A DNA stretch of 41,513 bases, taken from positions 33,155,406-33,196,918 of the forward strand of contig NC_057720.1 in the NCBI RefSeq assembly GCF_004010195.1. Direction: 5' to 3'. The notes beneath the pieces are model-generated. The model searched no databases. It was not told where the DNA came from and saw only the letters and a list, made by a program, of their open reading frames with translations. Positions 1 through 12,255 of the stretch are shown here, piece after piece; the stretch's first letter is position 1; each line of letters begins with the position of its first letter. This DNA is from Chiloscyllium plagiosum. Lineage: Eukaryota. The position numbers were made by a program, and so were the translations under genes.

Positions 1-440
1 TTCTTCAGGTTCCTTCTGGCTATCCTGTATCCCTCCACTGCTCTGTCTGAACCCTGTTTCCTCAACCTTATGTAAGCCTCCTTCTTCCTCTTTACAAGAC
101 ATTCAACCTCCCTCGTCAACCAAGGTTCCCTCACACAACCATTTCTTTCCTGCCTGACAGGTACATACATATCAAGGACACGTCGTTTCTGTTCCTTGAA
201 AAAGTTCCACATTTCCACGACATCCTTCCCCGACAGTCTATGCTCCCAACTTATGCTCCTCAGATCCTGCCTTACAGCATCGTAATTACCCTTCCCCCAA
301 TTGTAACACCTACCCTGTTGCACGCACCTATCTCTCTCCATTACCAAGGTGAAAGTCACAGAATTGTGGTCACCATCACCAAAATGTTCACCCACTAACA
401 AGCCCATCACTTGTCCCGGTTCATTACCGAGTACCAAATT
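1..440 (-). mobile_element. CR1-clade LINE ORF2 fragment (end of APE endonuclease and linker), running off the window start
   Basis: My minus-strand translation reads LVLGNEPGQVMGLLVGEHFGDGDHNSVTFTL...YNWGKGNYDAVRQDL...YVPVRQ...EPWLTREVECLVKRKKEAY. This is homologous to the CR1 ORF2 segments at 4919-5347 and 1478-1700. Confidence 0.9.
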
Positions 441-909
441 GTTTTTGAACTTTGGAAAAAAAGTCAAAACAACAGCAGTTTTAAAAGGGAGAAGAACAGA
501 TAAAGGAAGCACATGGTGAGGACAGTGCAGGAGAGAGAGAGAGAAAGAAATTGACACCAGAGTGTACCTGCACAGTACTGCGTTTGCTGTTTGAATTCCT
601 GTATCGCTGGACATTGGAGTGCGTCTGGGAAAATTAACAAACAGTGAAATTCACAACTGATCTTGGAGGAACCGGTTTGGGCGAAGTTCATAGCACAGAA
701 TCAGATCAGTTAATAGTTTTAAGTGTGGCCTACAGAAAGTCTGCAGTAGTGAGTAGAGTGGGTTATTTCTTGCTTACATGTTTTTTGAGATATGTGTCTT
801 GATTAAACTTAAAATAGAAGCCATAACTATTAAGGTAACCTAGGGCAATGTTTTTTAGAGGAATAAGATGGTGTTATGTTCTGGGTGTGTAGATTGTGAA
901 GGAGCAAAA

Positions 910-1492
910 ATGGCTTTTAGTAGAGCCATATGTGGTTCTTGTTAGCTGTGCGAGTTTAAAGAGAGTTTAAGGGTTACTGCGGATTATATCTGCAATAAAT
1001 GCTGTTGGTTACAAATCTTATCAGATCGAATGGATCGATTGGAGACACAGTTAGAAGAAATGAGGAATTATGCAACAACAATAGTATATGATGGATGGCA
1101 ATTATAGGAAGGGAGGAAAGTCTCAGATACAGTCAAATAGATGGGTTAACTCCAGGAAAGGTAAGAGAGCTAGGCACTTAGTGCAGGTGTGTTCTGCAGC
1201 CAAGTTTCTGGTATTGAGACTGGCTCTAATGCAACGAGGGGTACTTCAGGTTCCAAGAGATCAATTGTGTTCAGGGATTTTCTAGTCCGAGGTACAGACA
1301 GATGTTTCTGTGGCCAGCAGCGAAAAAGCAGAATGGTGTGTTGCTTCTCTGGTGCCAGGATCAAGGATGTCTCAGAGAAGGTGCAGAATGTTCTCAAGCG
1401 GGAGAGGGGCCAGCAAGAGGTCATTGTCCACATTGGGACCAACGACATAGGAAGGGAAAAGTTTGAGATTCTGAAAGGTGATTACAGAGAGT
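910..1492 (+). pseudogene. CR1 ORF1, N-terminal part: zinc finger/leucine zipper and the first half of an SGNH esterase domain
   Basis: MAFSRAICGSC*...YICNKCCWLQILSDRMDRLETQLEEM (CxxC..CxxC plus heptad). Then IVFRDFLVRG (degenerate GDS block), CFSGARIKDV and VHIGTNDIG (GxND block). Contains a stop and frameshifts. Confidence 0.85.
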
Positions 1493-3225
1493 TCGATGCG
1501 CAAATTTGTTCCTCTGAGACAGGTAAGAAGGGGTAAGATTAAGGAACCTTGGATGATGAGAACAGAGGAACTTCTCGTCAAAAGGAAGAAGGCAGCTTAC
1601 GTAAGGTGGAGAAAGCAAGGATCTAGCACAGCTTTAGAGGATTACAGGCTTGCTAGAAAGGAGCTCAGAAATGGATTGAGGAGAGACAGGAGGGGGCAAG
1701 AAAAAGACTTGGCAAGACGGATTAGGGAGAACCCAAAGGCATTTCACTCATATGTGAAGAATAAGAGAATGATCAGGGAGGAGGTAGGGCCGTTCAGGGA
1801 TAGTGGAGGGAACTTGTGCGTGGAGTCTGAGCAGATAGGGGAAGCCCTAAATGAGTTTTTTGCTTTGGTTTTCACCAACGAAAGGGCACTTGTTGTAAAT
1901 GAAAACTTAGAGGAGCAGGGATACAGTCTTGGCCAGATGAAGATTGATGAAGTTGTTGTGCTAGAAATTTTGGAAAACATTAAGGTTGATAAGTCCCCAG
2001 GGCCAGACCAGATTTATCCTAAGCTGCTCTGGGAAGCGAGAAAAGAGTTTGCTAAGCCGCTGGCGAGGATATTTGCCTCCTCACTCTCCACGGGAGTCGT
2101 ACCGGAGGATTGGAAGGAGGTGAATGTTGTTCCTCTTTTCAAGAAGGGTAATAAGGAAATCCCTGGCAATTACAGACCAGTCAGTCTTATGTCTGTGGTG
2201 AGCAAAGTTGTGGTAAGAATTCTGAGGGATAGGATTTATGACTATTTGGCAAAGGATAGTGTGATTAAAGGCAGATCAAAGGCAGGTCATGCCTCACAAA
2301 TCTTATTGAGTTCTTTGAGGAGGTGTCAAGACTGGTCGACGATGGTATATGGACTTCAGCAAGGCATTTGATAGGGTTCCCCATGGTAGGCTCATTCATA
2401 AAGTCAGGAGGTATGGGATACAGGGAGATTTGTCTATCTGGATTCAGAATTGGCTGGCTGACAGAAGGCAGAGAGTGATTGTAGATGGAAAATATTCTGC
2501 CTGGAGGACAGTGTTGAGTGGGGTCCCGCAGGGCTCAGCTCTTTTTGGTTTTTCTAAATGACTTGGATGAGGAGGTTGAGGGGTGGGTTAGTAAATTTGC
2601 AGATGACACAAAGGTTGGAGGTGCCATCGATAGTATCAAGGGCTATTGCATGTTGCAGCGCGACAGACGGGATGCAGAGCTGGGCTGAAAAATGGCAGAA
2701 GGAGTTCAACCTGGATAAATGCGAAGTGATGCATTTTGGAAGGTCGAACTCGAATGCTGAATATAGGATTAAAGACAGGATTCTTGGCAGAGTGGAGGAA
2801 CAGAGGGATCTGGGTGTACAAGTACATAGATCCCTCAGAGTTGGCACCCAAGTGGATAGAGTTGCTAAGAAAGATTATGATGTTTTGGCTTTCATTAACA
2901 GGTGTATCGAGTTTAAGAGCTGCGAGGTTTTGCTGCAGCTCTACAAGTCCCTGGTGAGACCACACTTGGAATATTGTGTCCAGTTCTGGTCGCCCTACTA
3001 TAGAAAAGATACAGAGGCTTTGGAGAGCGTGCAAAGAAGGTTTACCAGGATGCTGCCTGGATTGGAGGGCTTGCCGTATGTAGAAATGTTGAATAAGCTC
3101 GGACTTTTCTCTCTGGAAAGTGTACAAAATACTGAAAGGAATAGATAGAGTCAATGTTTGTGCGAAGATTTGTAGCTCGGGTGCTCGTTGTTGTGGTTCT
3201 GTTCGCCGAGCTGGAAGTTTTTGTT

Positions 3226-3265
3226 GCAAACGTTTCGTCCCCTGGCTAGGCGACATCATCAGTGC
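3226..3265 (-). ncRNA. Minimal type-I hammerhead ribozyme motif (PLE pLTR)
   Basis: RNA: GCA CUGAUGA U GUCGCCU-AGCC-AGGGGAC GAAA CG UU UGC. Shows the CUGANGA and GAAA cores, a 7-bp stem II with one mismatch, palindromic ACGU stem III, GUU triplet and 3-bp stem I. Confidence 0.8.
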
Positions 3266-3878
3266 TAGGGAGCCTCCTCCGAAGCGCTTCTTTGATGTTT
3301 CCTCCGGTGTTTAGAGAAAGACCACGGAACGAGGACATACCACAACCAAAAGGACTAGCCACACTACCATACATCAGGAGCATCTCTGAACTGACAGCCA
3401 GACTACTGCGACCCGTAGGACTCATAACGGCACACAAACCAACAGCCACACTCAGACAACAACTCACCAGAACGAAGGACCCGATACCCAACATGAGCAA
3501 AACTAATACCATGCAAGGACTGCACAAAACACTATATAGGACAAACAGGAAGACAGCTAACAATCCGCATACATAATCATCAACTAGCCACGAAACGACA
3601 TGACCAGCTATCCTTAGTAGCCACACACGCAGACAACAAGCAACATGAATTCGACTGGGACAACACTACTATCATAGGGCAAGCCAGACAGAGAACAGCC
3701 AGGAAATTCCTAGAGGCATGGCATTCATCCACAAACTCCATCAACAAACACATCGACCTGGACCCAATATACCAACCACTACAGCGGACAGCTGAAACTG
3801 ACAACCGGAAGCGGCAGGGACAGACCACTATAAACACCGGAGGAAACATCAAAGAAGCGCTTCGCAGGAGGCTCCCAA

Positions 3879-3918
3879 GCACTGATGATGTTGCCTAGCC
3901 AGGGGACGAAACGTTTGC
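3879..3918 (+). ncRNA. Minimal type-I hammerhead ribozyme motif (PLE pLTR)
   Basis: GCA CUGAUGA U GUUGCCU-AGCC-AGGGGAC GAAA CG UU UGC. Confidence 0.8.
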
Positions 3919-4267
3919 AACAAAAACTTCCAGCTCGGCGAACAGAACCACAACAGATAGAGTCAATAGCAAGAGACTTTTCCCCAGGGTGGGTTTGAAG
4001 ATATTAGGAGGAAGCTATAAAGGAGACATCAGAGGAAGGTTCTTTACACAGAGAGTTGTGAATGTATGGAATGCGTTGCCAGTTGAGGTGGTGGAAGCGA
4101 AGTCATTGGAGACATTTAAGCGACTGCTGGACATGCGCACGGATAGCAGTGAGTTGAGGGGTGCGTAGGTTAAGTTATTATATTTTACATTAGGATTAAG
4201 TCTCGGCACAACATCGTGGGCCTAAGGGCCTGTTCTGTGCTGTACTTTTCTATGTTCTATGGTCTAT

Positions 4268-4410
4268 GAATGCACGGCATATGTGAGAAGGATTCACATT
4301 TTTGGATCATTGGAATCTCTTTTGGGGTAGAAGTGGCCTGTACAAGAAGGATGGATTGCACCTAAATTGTAAGGGGATGAATATACTGGCAGGGAGATTT
4401 GCTAGTAAGT
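4268..4410 (+). pseudogene. CR1 ORF1, C-terminal part of the SGNH esterase (resumes after the nested CR1)
   Basis: GFTFLDHWNLFWGRSGLYKKDGLHLNCKGMNILAGRFAS contains the DxxH (DGLH) catalytic block. Confidence 0.85.
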
Positions 4411-4519
4411 TGGGAGCCAGGGAGATAGTGAGGAAAGAGATCAATCTGAAACTGGTACAGCTGAGAACAGAAGTGAGTCAAACAGTCAGGGCAGGCAGTG
4501 ACAAGGTAGGACTAATAAA

Positions 4520-7417
4520 TTAAATTGCATTTATTTCAATGCATGGGGCCTAACAAGGAACGCAGGGCATTGGTAAGGAACATAGGACTGGGATATCATA
4601 GCAATTACAGAAACATGGCTCAGGAATGGGCAGGACTGGCAGCATAATGTCCCAGGATAGAAATGCTACAGGAAGGACAGGAAGGGAGGCAAGAGAGGAG
4701 GGGGAGTGGCGTTTTTGATAAGGGATAGCATTACAGCTGTGCTGAGGGAGGATATTCCTGGAAATACATCCAGGGAAGTTATTTGGGTGGAATTGAGAAA
4801 TAAGAAAGGGATGATCACCCTATTGGGATTGTAGTATAGACCCCCTAATAGTCAGAGAGAAATTGAGAATCAAACTTGTAAGGATATCTCAGCTATCTGT
4901 AAGAATAATAGGGTAGTTATGGTAGGGGATTTTAACTTTCCAAACATCGACTTGGACTGCCATAGTGTTAAGGGTTCAGATGGAGAGGAATTTGTTAAGT
5001 GTGTACAAGAGAATTTTCTGATTCAGTATGTGGATGTACCTACTAGAGAAAATGCAAAACTTGACCTACTCTTGGGAAATAAGGCAGGGCAGGTGACTGA
5101 GGTGTCAGTGGGGGAGCACTCTGGGGTCAGTGACCATATTTCTATTAGATTTAAAATAGTGATGGAAAAAGATAGACCAGATCTAAAAGTTGAAGTTCTA
5201 AATTGGAGAAAGGCTAATTTTGACGGTATTAGGCAAGAACTTTCAAAAGCTGATTTGGCGCAGAGGTTCGCAGGTAAAGGGACAGCTAGGAAATGGGAAG
5301 CCTTCAGGACAGATAACAAGAATCCAGAGAAAGTATATTCCTGTTAGGGTGAAAGGAAAGGCTGGTAGGTATAGGGAATGCTGGATGACTAATGAGATTG
5401 AGGGTTTGGTTAAGAAAAAGAAGGAAGCATATGTCAGGTATAGCCAGGATAGATTGAGTGAATCCTTAGAAGAGTATAAAGACAGTAGGAGTATACTTAA
5501 GAGGGAAATCAGGACAGCAAAAAGGGGACATGAGATAGCTTTGGCAAATAGAATTATGGAGGATCCAAAGGGTTTTTACAATTACATTAAGGACAAAGTG
5601 GTAACTAGGGAGAGTGGGCGGCACAGTGGCACAATGGATAGCACTGCTGTCTTACAGCGCCAGAGACCCGGGTTCAATTCCTGCCTCAGGTGACTCTCTG
5701 TGTGGAGTTTGCACATTCTCCCCGTGTCTGTGTGGGTTTCCTCCAGGTGCTCCAGTTTCCTCCCACAATCCAAAAATATGCAGGTTAGATGAATTGGCCA
5801 TGCTAAATTGCCTGTAGTGTTAGGTGAAGGGGTAAATGTAGAGTAATGGGTCTGGGTGGGTTGCGCTTCGGCGGGTCGATGTGGACTTGTTGGGCCGAAG
5901 GGCCTATTTCCACACTGTAAGTAATCTAGAATAGGGCCCCTCAAAGATCAGCAAGGAGGCCTTTGTGTGGAGTTGCAGAAAATGGAGGAAATACTAAATG
6001 AGTATTTTGCATCAGTATTTACTGTGGAAAAGGATATGGAAGATATAGAATGCAGGGAAATAGATGGTGACACCTTGAAAAATGTCCATATTACAGAGAA
6101 GGAAGTGTTGGATGTCTTGAAACGCATAAAGGTGGATAAATCCCCAGGACCTGATCAGGTGTACTCTAGAACTCTGTGGAAAGCTAGAGAAGTGATTGCT
6201 GGGCCTCTTGCTGAGATATTTGGATCATCAATAGTCAAAGGTGAGGTGCCAGCAGACTGGAGGTTGGCAAACGTGGTGCCACTGTTTAAGAAGGGCGGTA
6301 AAGACAAGCCAGGGAACTATAGACCAGTGAGCCTGATGTCGGTGGTGGGCAAGTTGTTGGAGGGAATCCTGAGGGACAGGATGTAAATGTATTTGGAAAG
6401 GCAAGGACTGCTTAGTGATAGTCAACATGGCTTTGTGCATGGGAAATCATGTCTCACAAACTTGATTGAAGAAGTAACAAAGTGGATTGATGAGGGCAGA
6501 GTGGTAGATGTGATCTATATGGACTTCAGTGAGGCATTCAACAAGGTTCCCCATGGGAGACTGGTTAGCAAGGTTAGATCTCACGGAATATGGGGAGAAG
6601 TAGCCAGTTGGATACAGAACTGGCTCAAATGTAGAAGACAGAGGGTGGTGGTGTAGGGTTATTTTTCAGACTGGAGGCTTGTGACCAGTAGAATGCCACA
6701 AGGATCGGTGCTGGATCTCTAATTTTTGTCATTTATATAAATGATTTGGATGTGAGCTTAAGAGGTATAGTTAGTAAGTTTGCTGATGACACCAAAATTG
6801 GAGGTGTAGTGGACAACGAAGAAGGTTTCCTCAGATTACAACAGGATCATGACCAGGCGGGCCAATGGGCTGAGAAGTGGCAGATGGAGTTTAATTTTGA
6901 TAAATGCGAGGTACTGCATTTTGGGAAAGTAACTCTTAGCAGGACTTATACACTTAATGGTAAGGTCCTAGGGAGTGTTGCTGAACAAAGAGACCTTGGA
7001 GTGCAGGTTCATAACTCCTTGAAAGTTACAAGGATGTTGCCACGGTTGGAGGATCTGAGCTACAGGGAGAGGCTGAACAGGCTGGGGCTGTTTTCCCTGG
7101 AGCGTTGGAGATTGAGGGGTGATCTTATAGAGGTTTACAAAATTATGAGGGGCATGGATAGGATAAATAGACAAACTCTTTTCTCAGGGGTCAGGGAGTC
7201 CAGAACTAGTGGGAATAGATTTAATGTGAGAGGGGAAATATATAAAAGAGACCTAAGAGGCAACATTTTCACGCAGAGGGTGGTATGTGTATGGAATGAG
7301 CTGCCAGAGGAAATGGTGGAGGCTGGTACAATTGCAAAGTTTGAAAGACATTTGGATGGGTATATGAATAGGAAGGGTTTGGAGGGATATGGGCCGGGTG
7401 CTGGGAGGTGGGACTAG
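4520..7417 (+). pseudogene. CR1 ORF2 (APE endonuclease and reverse transcriptase), disrupted
   Basis: LNCIYFNA, nucleotides for DIIAITETW and YRPP, MVGDFNFPNI, LDLLL, SDHISI, KSPGPD, NYRPVSL, SQHGFVHGKSCLTNL, YMDFSEAFNKVPH and SKFADDTK. Multiple stops and frameshifts, plus an internal deletion near 7026 (the RPHLEYCVQFW block seen in the other copies is absent). Confidence 0.93.
5615..5928 (+). mobile_element. tRNA-derived V-domain SINE (HE1-like), inserted in CR1 ORF2
   Basis: Pol III A-box-like TGGCACAATGG, B-box GGTTCAATTCC, V-domain GTGTGGAGTTTGCACATTCTCCCCGTGTCTG.TGGGTTTCCTCC, and CR1-like tail TGGGCCGAAGGGCCT...GTAATCT. The CR1 sequence resumes on both sides. Confidence 0.92.
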
Positions 7418-7504
7418 ATTGGGTTGGGATATCTGGTCGGCATGGGCGGGTTGGACTGAAGGGTCTGTTTCCATGCTGTACATCTCTATGACTTTATGAC
7501 TCTA

Positions 7505-7576
7505 ATACTCAAGGTGTGGCCTCACCAAAGCCCTGTACAACTGCAGCAAAACATCCTCACTCCAATACTCAAATCC
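7505..7576 (-). mobile_element. Short older CR1 ORF2 fragment
   Basis: Reverse complement reads like GFEYWSEDVLLQLYRALVRPHLEY. Confidence 0.7.
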
Positions 7577-9179
7577 TGGATCTCTGGATTAATAGTCTAG
7601 TCTCGTGTGGAGATAACAACCAATGGTCAAAAAGCAGGCAGCCCGAGACTACTGCTTAGCATTTGTGATTAAGGGTCCAGTTTATAAAAAACAATTTAAT
7701 TTACTTAACATTTGAACTTTAAAAAATAATCTTTGCACATACTTATGGTAATACATTCGATGACATTTAATTGCATCGTTTGCTTCATCACATGCTTCAT
7801 TTGATTATGCATTCAATGAATAAATACACAGATAAACCTAATCTTTCCAAATGCTATTTATTTTAATGAGAAAATAATTCCAGTAGATCTTAGCATCCAA
7901 GTTACAAATCTATTTTGATTCTGCTGAGTGTAGGATGCAGTATTGCCAATATGTTTTGAAGGTATGCACCATAATAGGGTGAGAGTAACTTGAAAATATC
8001 AGTTGGAAAGGTACTTTTTGTGAAGTAATTCCATTTAACTACACGACTGTTTGATGCGAATGTATGCACCATTATTGATGAGGTTTTCTAATGTCCTTCT
8101 ATTTAACATTTTTTAATTGGATTCTCAAGGAAATATATTTACATATATATTGTGTGAACCCATTGTGCATTAATCTAAATATATTATAAGGTTATTTTAT
8201 GCACATTCATTCTCAAATTGAGGACAAGTTGCCTGGTCCTTTGGTGGTGATCTAAGAGGCAGTGATGGCAAAGCAGTGGGAAGCCATGTCAGGATGTCCG
8301 TGATATAATCCACATCTGGGAAGGTTTTCCCGCAGAGGAACTGATTGCAGAGCAGTTGCACATCATACAGAGGAAGGCAGCCAATTGAAATGTTTAAGGA
8401 TTCCTGGTATGGCCATTGGGGAGTGCAACAGTGAAGGTTCAATGCCATATAAGGGGGCCACAGGTAATGAAAGTCAACGGGTTTTCTGGAAAGGTGCTAC
8501 TTGTCACCTCTGATTTTTGATCTTTTACTTCCTCACTCTTAGGCTGCCCCCAGCATTTCCAATCCACCTCAGCAACAACCATCTCTGGTTGGGCCAGCAA
8601 CACTTCTGGGTGACTGACGCTGGTAAAATTGCTCAGCTGGCAAGTGCAGGCTTGGGACTCCCATTTCATCCACACAACAAAGCCCAAAGCCAATGTAAAT
8701 TCCTTCCCATTAAGTTTAGGAAAACATACATTTAATATATATTGATTAAGACATTGTACATTTTGATTTCACAATGATACCACAATGTTTATCAGGTTAC
8801 AATGTTTACTTTGGGATCAATGCAACCAGAAGGTCTTGATTTTAATAAATTAATTTAGGCGGGAGCCAGGGGAACAAGTCCATGATAGTTTTTGCATCAT
8901 AGCAGTCACATTGCTTGAGATGGTTGTCCTTCATAAGGCATTTCCAATGCTTCTTACATTGAACACAAATACAGTTTGATATTGAGGTAAGAGCACAAGG
9001 AAGCAGAATGGGATCATAAATGTGAGGAAAGAATAACCAAACTGTGACATTATACAAAGACAGCAGGTTGATCAGCTGGTGAAATTACTTTTGATTTCAA
9101 TATAAGCAGAGGCAAGGGTAGAGACATTTAAAATTTAATCTGCAAAATAGTTACTTAATTAAACATGATAAAAATAGCA

Positions 9180-10995
9180 GGAAAGGTGATGTTTTGCAAC
9201 TGTGGAATGTGGGAGTTCCTGAATGCCTATGATTCAGGACTACCATGCCTTTGGTAAATGCCAGTGGCTAATGGAACTTCAGCTCTGAGTAATCGAGATG
9301 GAAACTGTAAAGAGGAGAATATCACATCTGTTGGGATTGGATTTCCTTGTTTGATCCATGGTCAGTGACAGGAGAGTGTGACTATGAGTAAGTCACGGAT
9401 GGAGATCAAGAATATAGATGTGAAGGATCCCCAGCAACTTCTAATAGGTTCAAGATTTTTGCAGCCTGCATGGACAAAAGCAGGGGCTACACTATGGATG
9501 AGCAAACTGACCATGGCACCATGGTACAGGAAGCCATTGAAGTGGGGAGTTAATAGGAATACAATGGCAGTCTGAGATAATATAGTCAGAAGAATGGACA
9601 CTGTTCTCCACAACTGAGATTGTGAATTCAGAAGCCTGCATCGCTTGTCCAGTGCCAACGTTTGGGACATTTGCTCACGGATGAAGAGTAACTTGCAGTA
9701 GACCAATGGCTTAGGTAGGGTTATGAAAGAAATCCTATATAGAAAGGATGAGCAGCAATGGGCTAAACTAGAAATCAGAATCTTAAAAGATCATAATTGC
9801 TAGATCTGAGCCACAAGCAAATTGGTATAGACTAAATAAGATTAAAAGTATGAAGGACTGGCCCAAAGATTGGCTTGGGGGAAATTAATTTCAATTCATG
9901 GGACACTGGTGCCAGTACTCGGGGAAGTGGAACTGTACCATTGCGATGGAAATCATTTGAAACATGCTGGGACCAGTGTTCTTGTGAATCAATTAATAAG
10001 GCAGTGGCGATGGTTTTAAACTAAAATAGGTGGGGCAAGAGATCACATGAGTGGAGATGTCATAAATCAAAGGCGAACAACAAGATAATAATTTGGTAAT
10101 GATAGCACGAGTATGACAAGAATTGATGCAGTGTATAAATTTAAAAGTGCATTAGCAGAAAGGCTAGAATTTGCAAAAATGGTAAAAAGAATTAAACGCT
10201 TTGTGTCTGCATGCAAACAGCATCTGTGACAAAATGGATGAGCTGTTAGTACATATTGAAATAGATAGGGCATGAGGGAAACATGAATACAAGGTGACCA
10301 TGTTATTGAGGGATATTTGACATTTCAAAAGGACAGAAAGGTAGGAAAGAGTAATGGAATATTGATGTTTATTGCAAGGAGAAAAGATTAAGAGAAAGTG
10401 CTGGGTCTACAGCACCTTAGCAAGACCACATCTGGAGTACTGTGTACAATTTTGATCTTCTTATGTGAAAAAGGATACAATTGTATTAGAAGCAGCTTAG
10501 AGAAGGAGGTTTGCTTGAGTCATTCTTGGCATGAAGAGCTTATCTAAGATTGGGCCTTACTATTGAAATTTAGAGGAATAGCAGGTGATCTCATTGAAAC
10601 GTATAATATCCTAAGGGGACTTGATATGGTGCTTACTGAGAGGATGTTTTATAGAATTATAGAGTGATTATAAACGACTTTAAATATTGAAGATAGGCTG
10701 CGATAGTAATCATGTAACGGACAGTGAGTGGTAAGGTTTCCTAGAGTGTTCAGAAGAATCTTCTATATTTCCAATGAGAAAGAAGACATTGTTGGACTCA
10801 GTTCTTCGGAATAAGGTGGGCAAAGTGGATCAAGTATCAATAGGGGAACACTTAGGGACAGTGATCACAGATTTAAAATTGTTGTGAAAAACAACAAGGA
10901 ATAGTCCTGAATAGGAATAATTAATTGGGAAAAAGCCAACTTCAAAGGTGTCAGAATTGATCTAACCCAGATAAACTGGAATCAAAGGTTGACAG
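9180..10995 (+). mobile_element. Heavily decayed CR1 remnants (ORF1 zinc finger/esterase, APE pieces, ORF2 3' part)
   Basis: CxxC-like codons near 9190-9265, esterase-like GATAATATAGTCAGA at about 9576 and GATGGAAATCATTTG at about 9945. AGACCACATCTGGAGTACTGTGTACAATTT (RPHLEYCVQF) at about 10423. LDSVLRN and GEHLG.SDH-like sequence at 10790-10870. Probably more than one element. Confidence 0.7.
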
Positions 10996-11938
10996 GCAGT
11001 TTGTACTGCTGCTGTATAATTTAAGATCATATTTAGTGATCAGGCAAATGGTGAAACTATACCAGGGATGCTGTGTGTTAAAAGCAATTTATAATGGTAA
11101 TTTCTATCCTGTTTATCAGATAAACTTCATTCATAGTGATTCCAGCACCACCTTTGTTCAAATGATACGACTGCAGCATTTCATAAAGTAGTTTCATTTG
11201 CTACCATTTTCTGAAAATCTATAAACTTGTATTCTTTCCTAACCCACCCTGGAGAGATTATTTTATCCTATTCCCTTTTATTATACATTTATCTTTGAGA
11301 CTAAATTCTAAACTGTGGTTGGTATATGGCCACTGTTAGCTGGCCATAAAGCAGTTATTCATACTTATTTACATGGAATCTATAATAGCTGATTATAATA
11401 TCTATAGCCTATTAGTAGCATCCCTACCTCTGGCTACAAGCTTCAAGGTCAATTCTGCACTAAATTCCAAGTTGTAATGTGGCCAAAACAGGTTGGTCAT
11501 CAATCTGTAAATCTTTCCAATAGGCATGATAGTAGGCAGTCAGAGAGGGAGAGTCTCTTGCTCAGTCATACTGCAGAAAGTAATAGCAAACCACGGCCCA
11601 CAAGCATGGATCATTCAAATGAATGCTCCCCTGCCTTTGAAATAAGGCAGGAGAAAAAACAGTCAGGCAATATCTATAATTTTAAAAGATGACAGCTCAA
11701 TCAATAGATGAAATTCTGCTTAGGATCTCTTGAACAAAACAACCTCAGTTCAGGACAGGCTTGAATCAGTTTATGTCCTTATTAAATAGTATGAGCTATT
11801 TTAATTACAGCTACAACAGTTTGTAGTGATACTCATGAACTGATTAATATAGTTGATATTGATGTCATTATGACAAGCTGGCTTTAGGAAGGAAACAATC
11901 TTCTGCATGTTTTTTTTTCACTTTATGCCCACCAATTA

Positions 11939-12255
11939 CGGTGGCACAGTGGTTAGCACTGCTGCCTCACTGCGCCAGAGACCTGGGTTCAATTCCCGCC
12001 TCAGGCGACTGACTGTGTGGAGTTTGCACGTTCTCCCTGTGTCTGCGTGGGTTTCCTCCGGGTGCTCCGGTTTCCTCCCACAGTCCAAAGATGTGCAGGT
12101 TAGGTGAATTGGCCATGCTAAATTGCCCATAGTGTTAGGTTAAAAGGGGTAAATGTAGGGGTCTGGGTGGGTTGCACTTTGGCGAGGCGGTGTGGACTTG
12201 TTGGGCCGAAGGACCTGTTTCCACACTGTAATGTAATGTAATCTAATCTAATCTA
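11939..12255 (+). mobile_element. tRNA-derived V-domain SINE (HE1-like)
   Basis: Colinear with 5615-5928. Has A and B boxes, a (TGTAA)n(TCTAA)n tail and a possible AATTA target duplication. Confidence 0.93.

Larger units (their letters stand above)
3156..3954. mobile_element. Penelope-like element (family A), truncated, with inverted structure: 3156-3313 minus (pLTR and tail), 3313-3954 plus (GIY-YIG end and pLTR)
   Basis: Flanked by a perfect 13-bp duplication AGATAGAGTCAAT (3143-3155 and 3955-3967). 3190-3313 is the reverse complement of about 3830-3954. The plus part encodes PKGLATLPYIRSISELTARLLRP and the nucleotides for CKDCTKHYIGQTGR, matching the C-terminus of the 15008-16831 ORF. Confidence 0.95.
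1493..4267 (+). mobile_element. 5'-truncated CR1 LINE of a second subfamily (RT region and 3'UTR) nested in ORF1 of the outer CR1
   Basis: KSPGPDQI, PEDWKEVNVVPLFKKG, NYRPVSL, MDFSKAFDRVPH, SGVPQGS, the nucleotides for KFADD at about 2593-2610, and LVRPHLEYCVQFWSP. Ends in TTCTATGTTCTATGGTCTATG. Several frameshifts and small deletions. Confidence 0.92.
441..7504 (+). mobile_element. Near full-length degenerate CR1 LINE (5'UTR, ORF1, ORF2, 3' tail), interrupted by a second CR1 (1493-4267) and a SINE (5615-5928)
   Basis: ORF1 starts at ATG 910 and ORF2 runs about 4520-7417. The 3' end has the CR1-type motif GAAGGGTCTGTTTCC followed by degenerate (CTATGACT)n repeats at about 7486-7504. The 5' boundary is approximate. 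Confidence 0.85.

Noticed and set aside
11939..12000. tRNA gene
   Set aside because: The A and B boxes belong to a SINE head followed by a V-domain and LINE-like tail; no complete cloverleaf.
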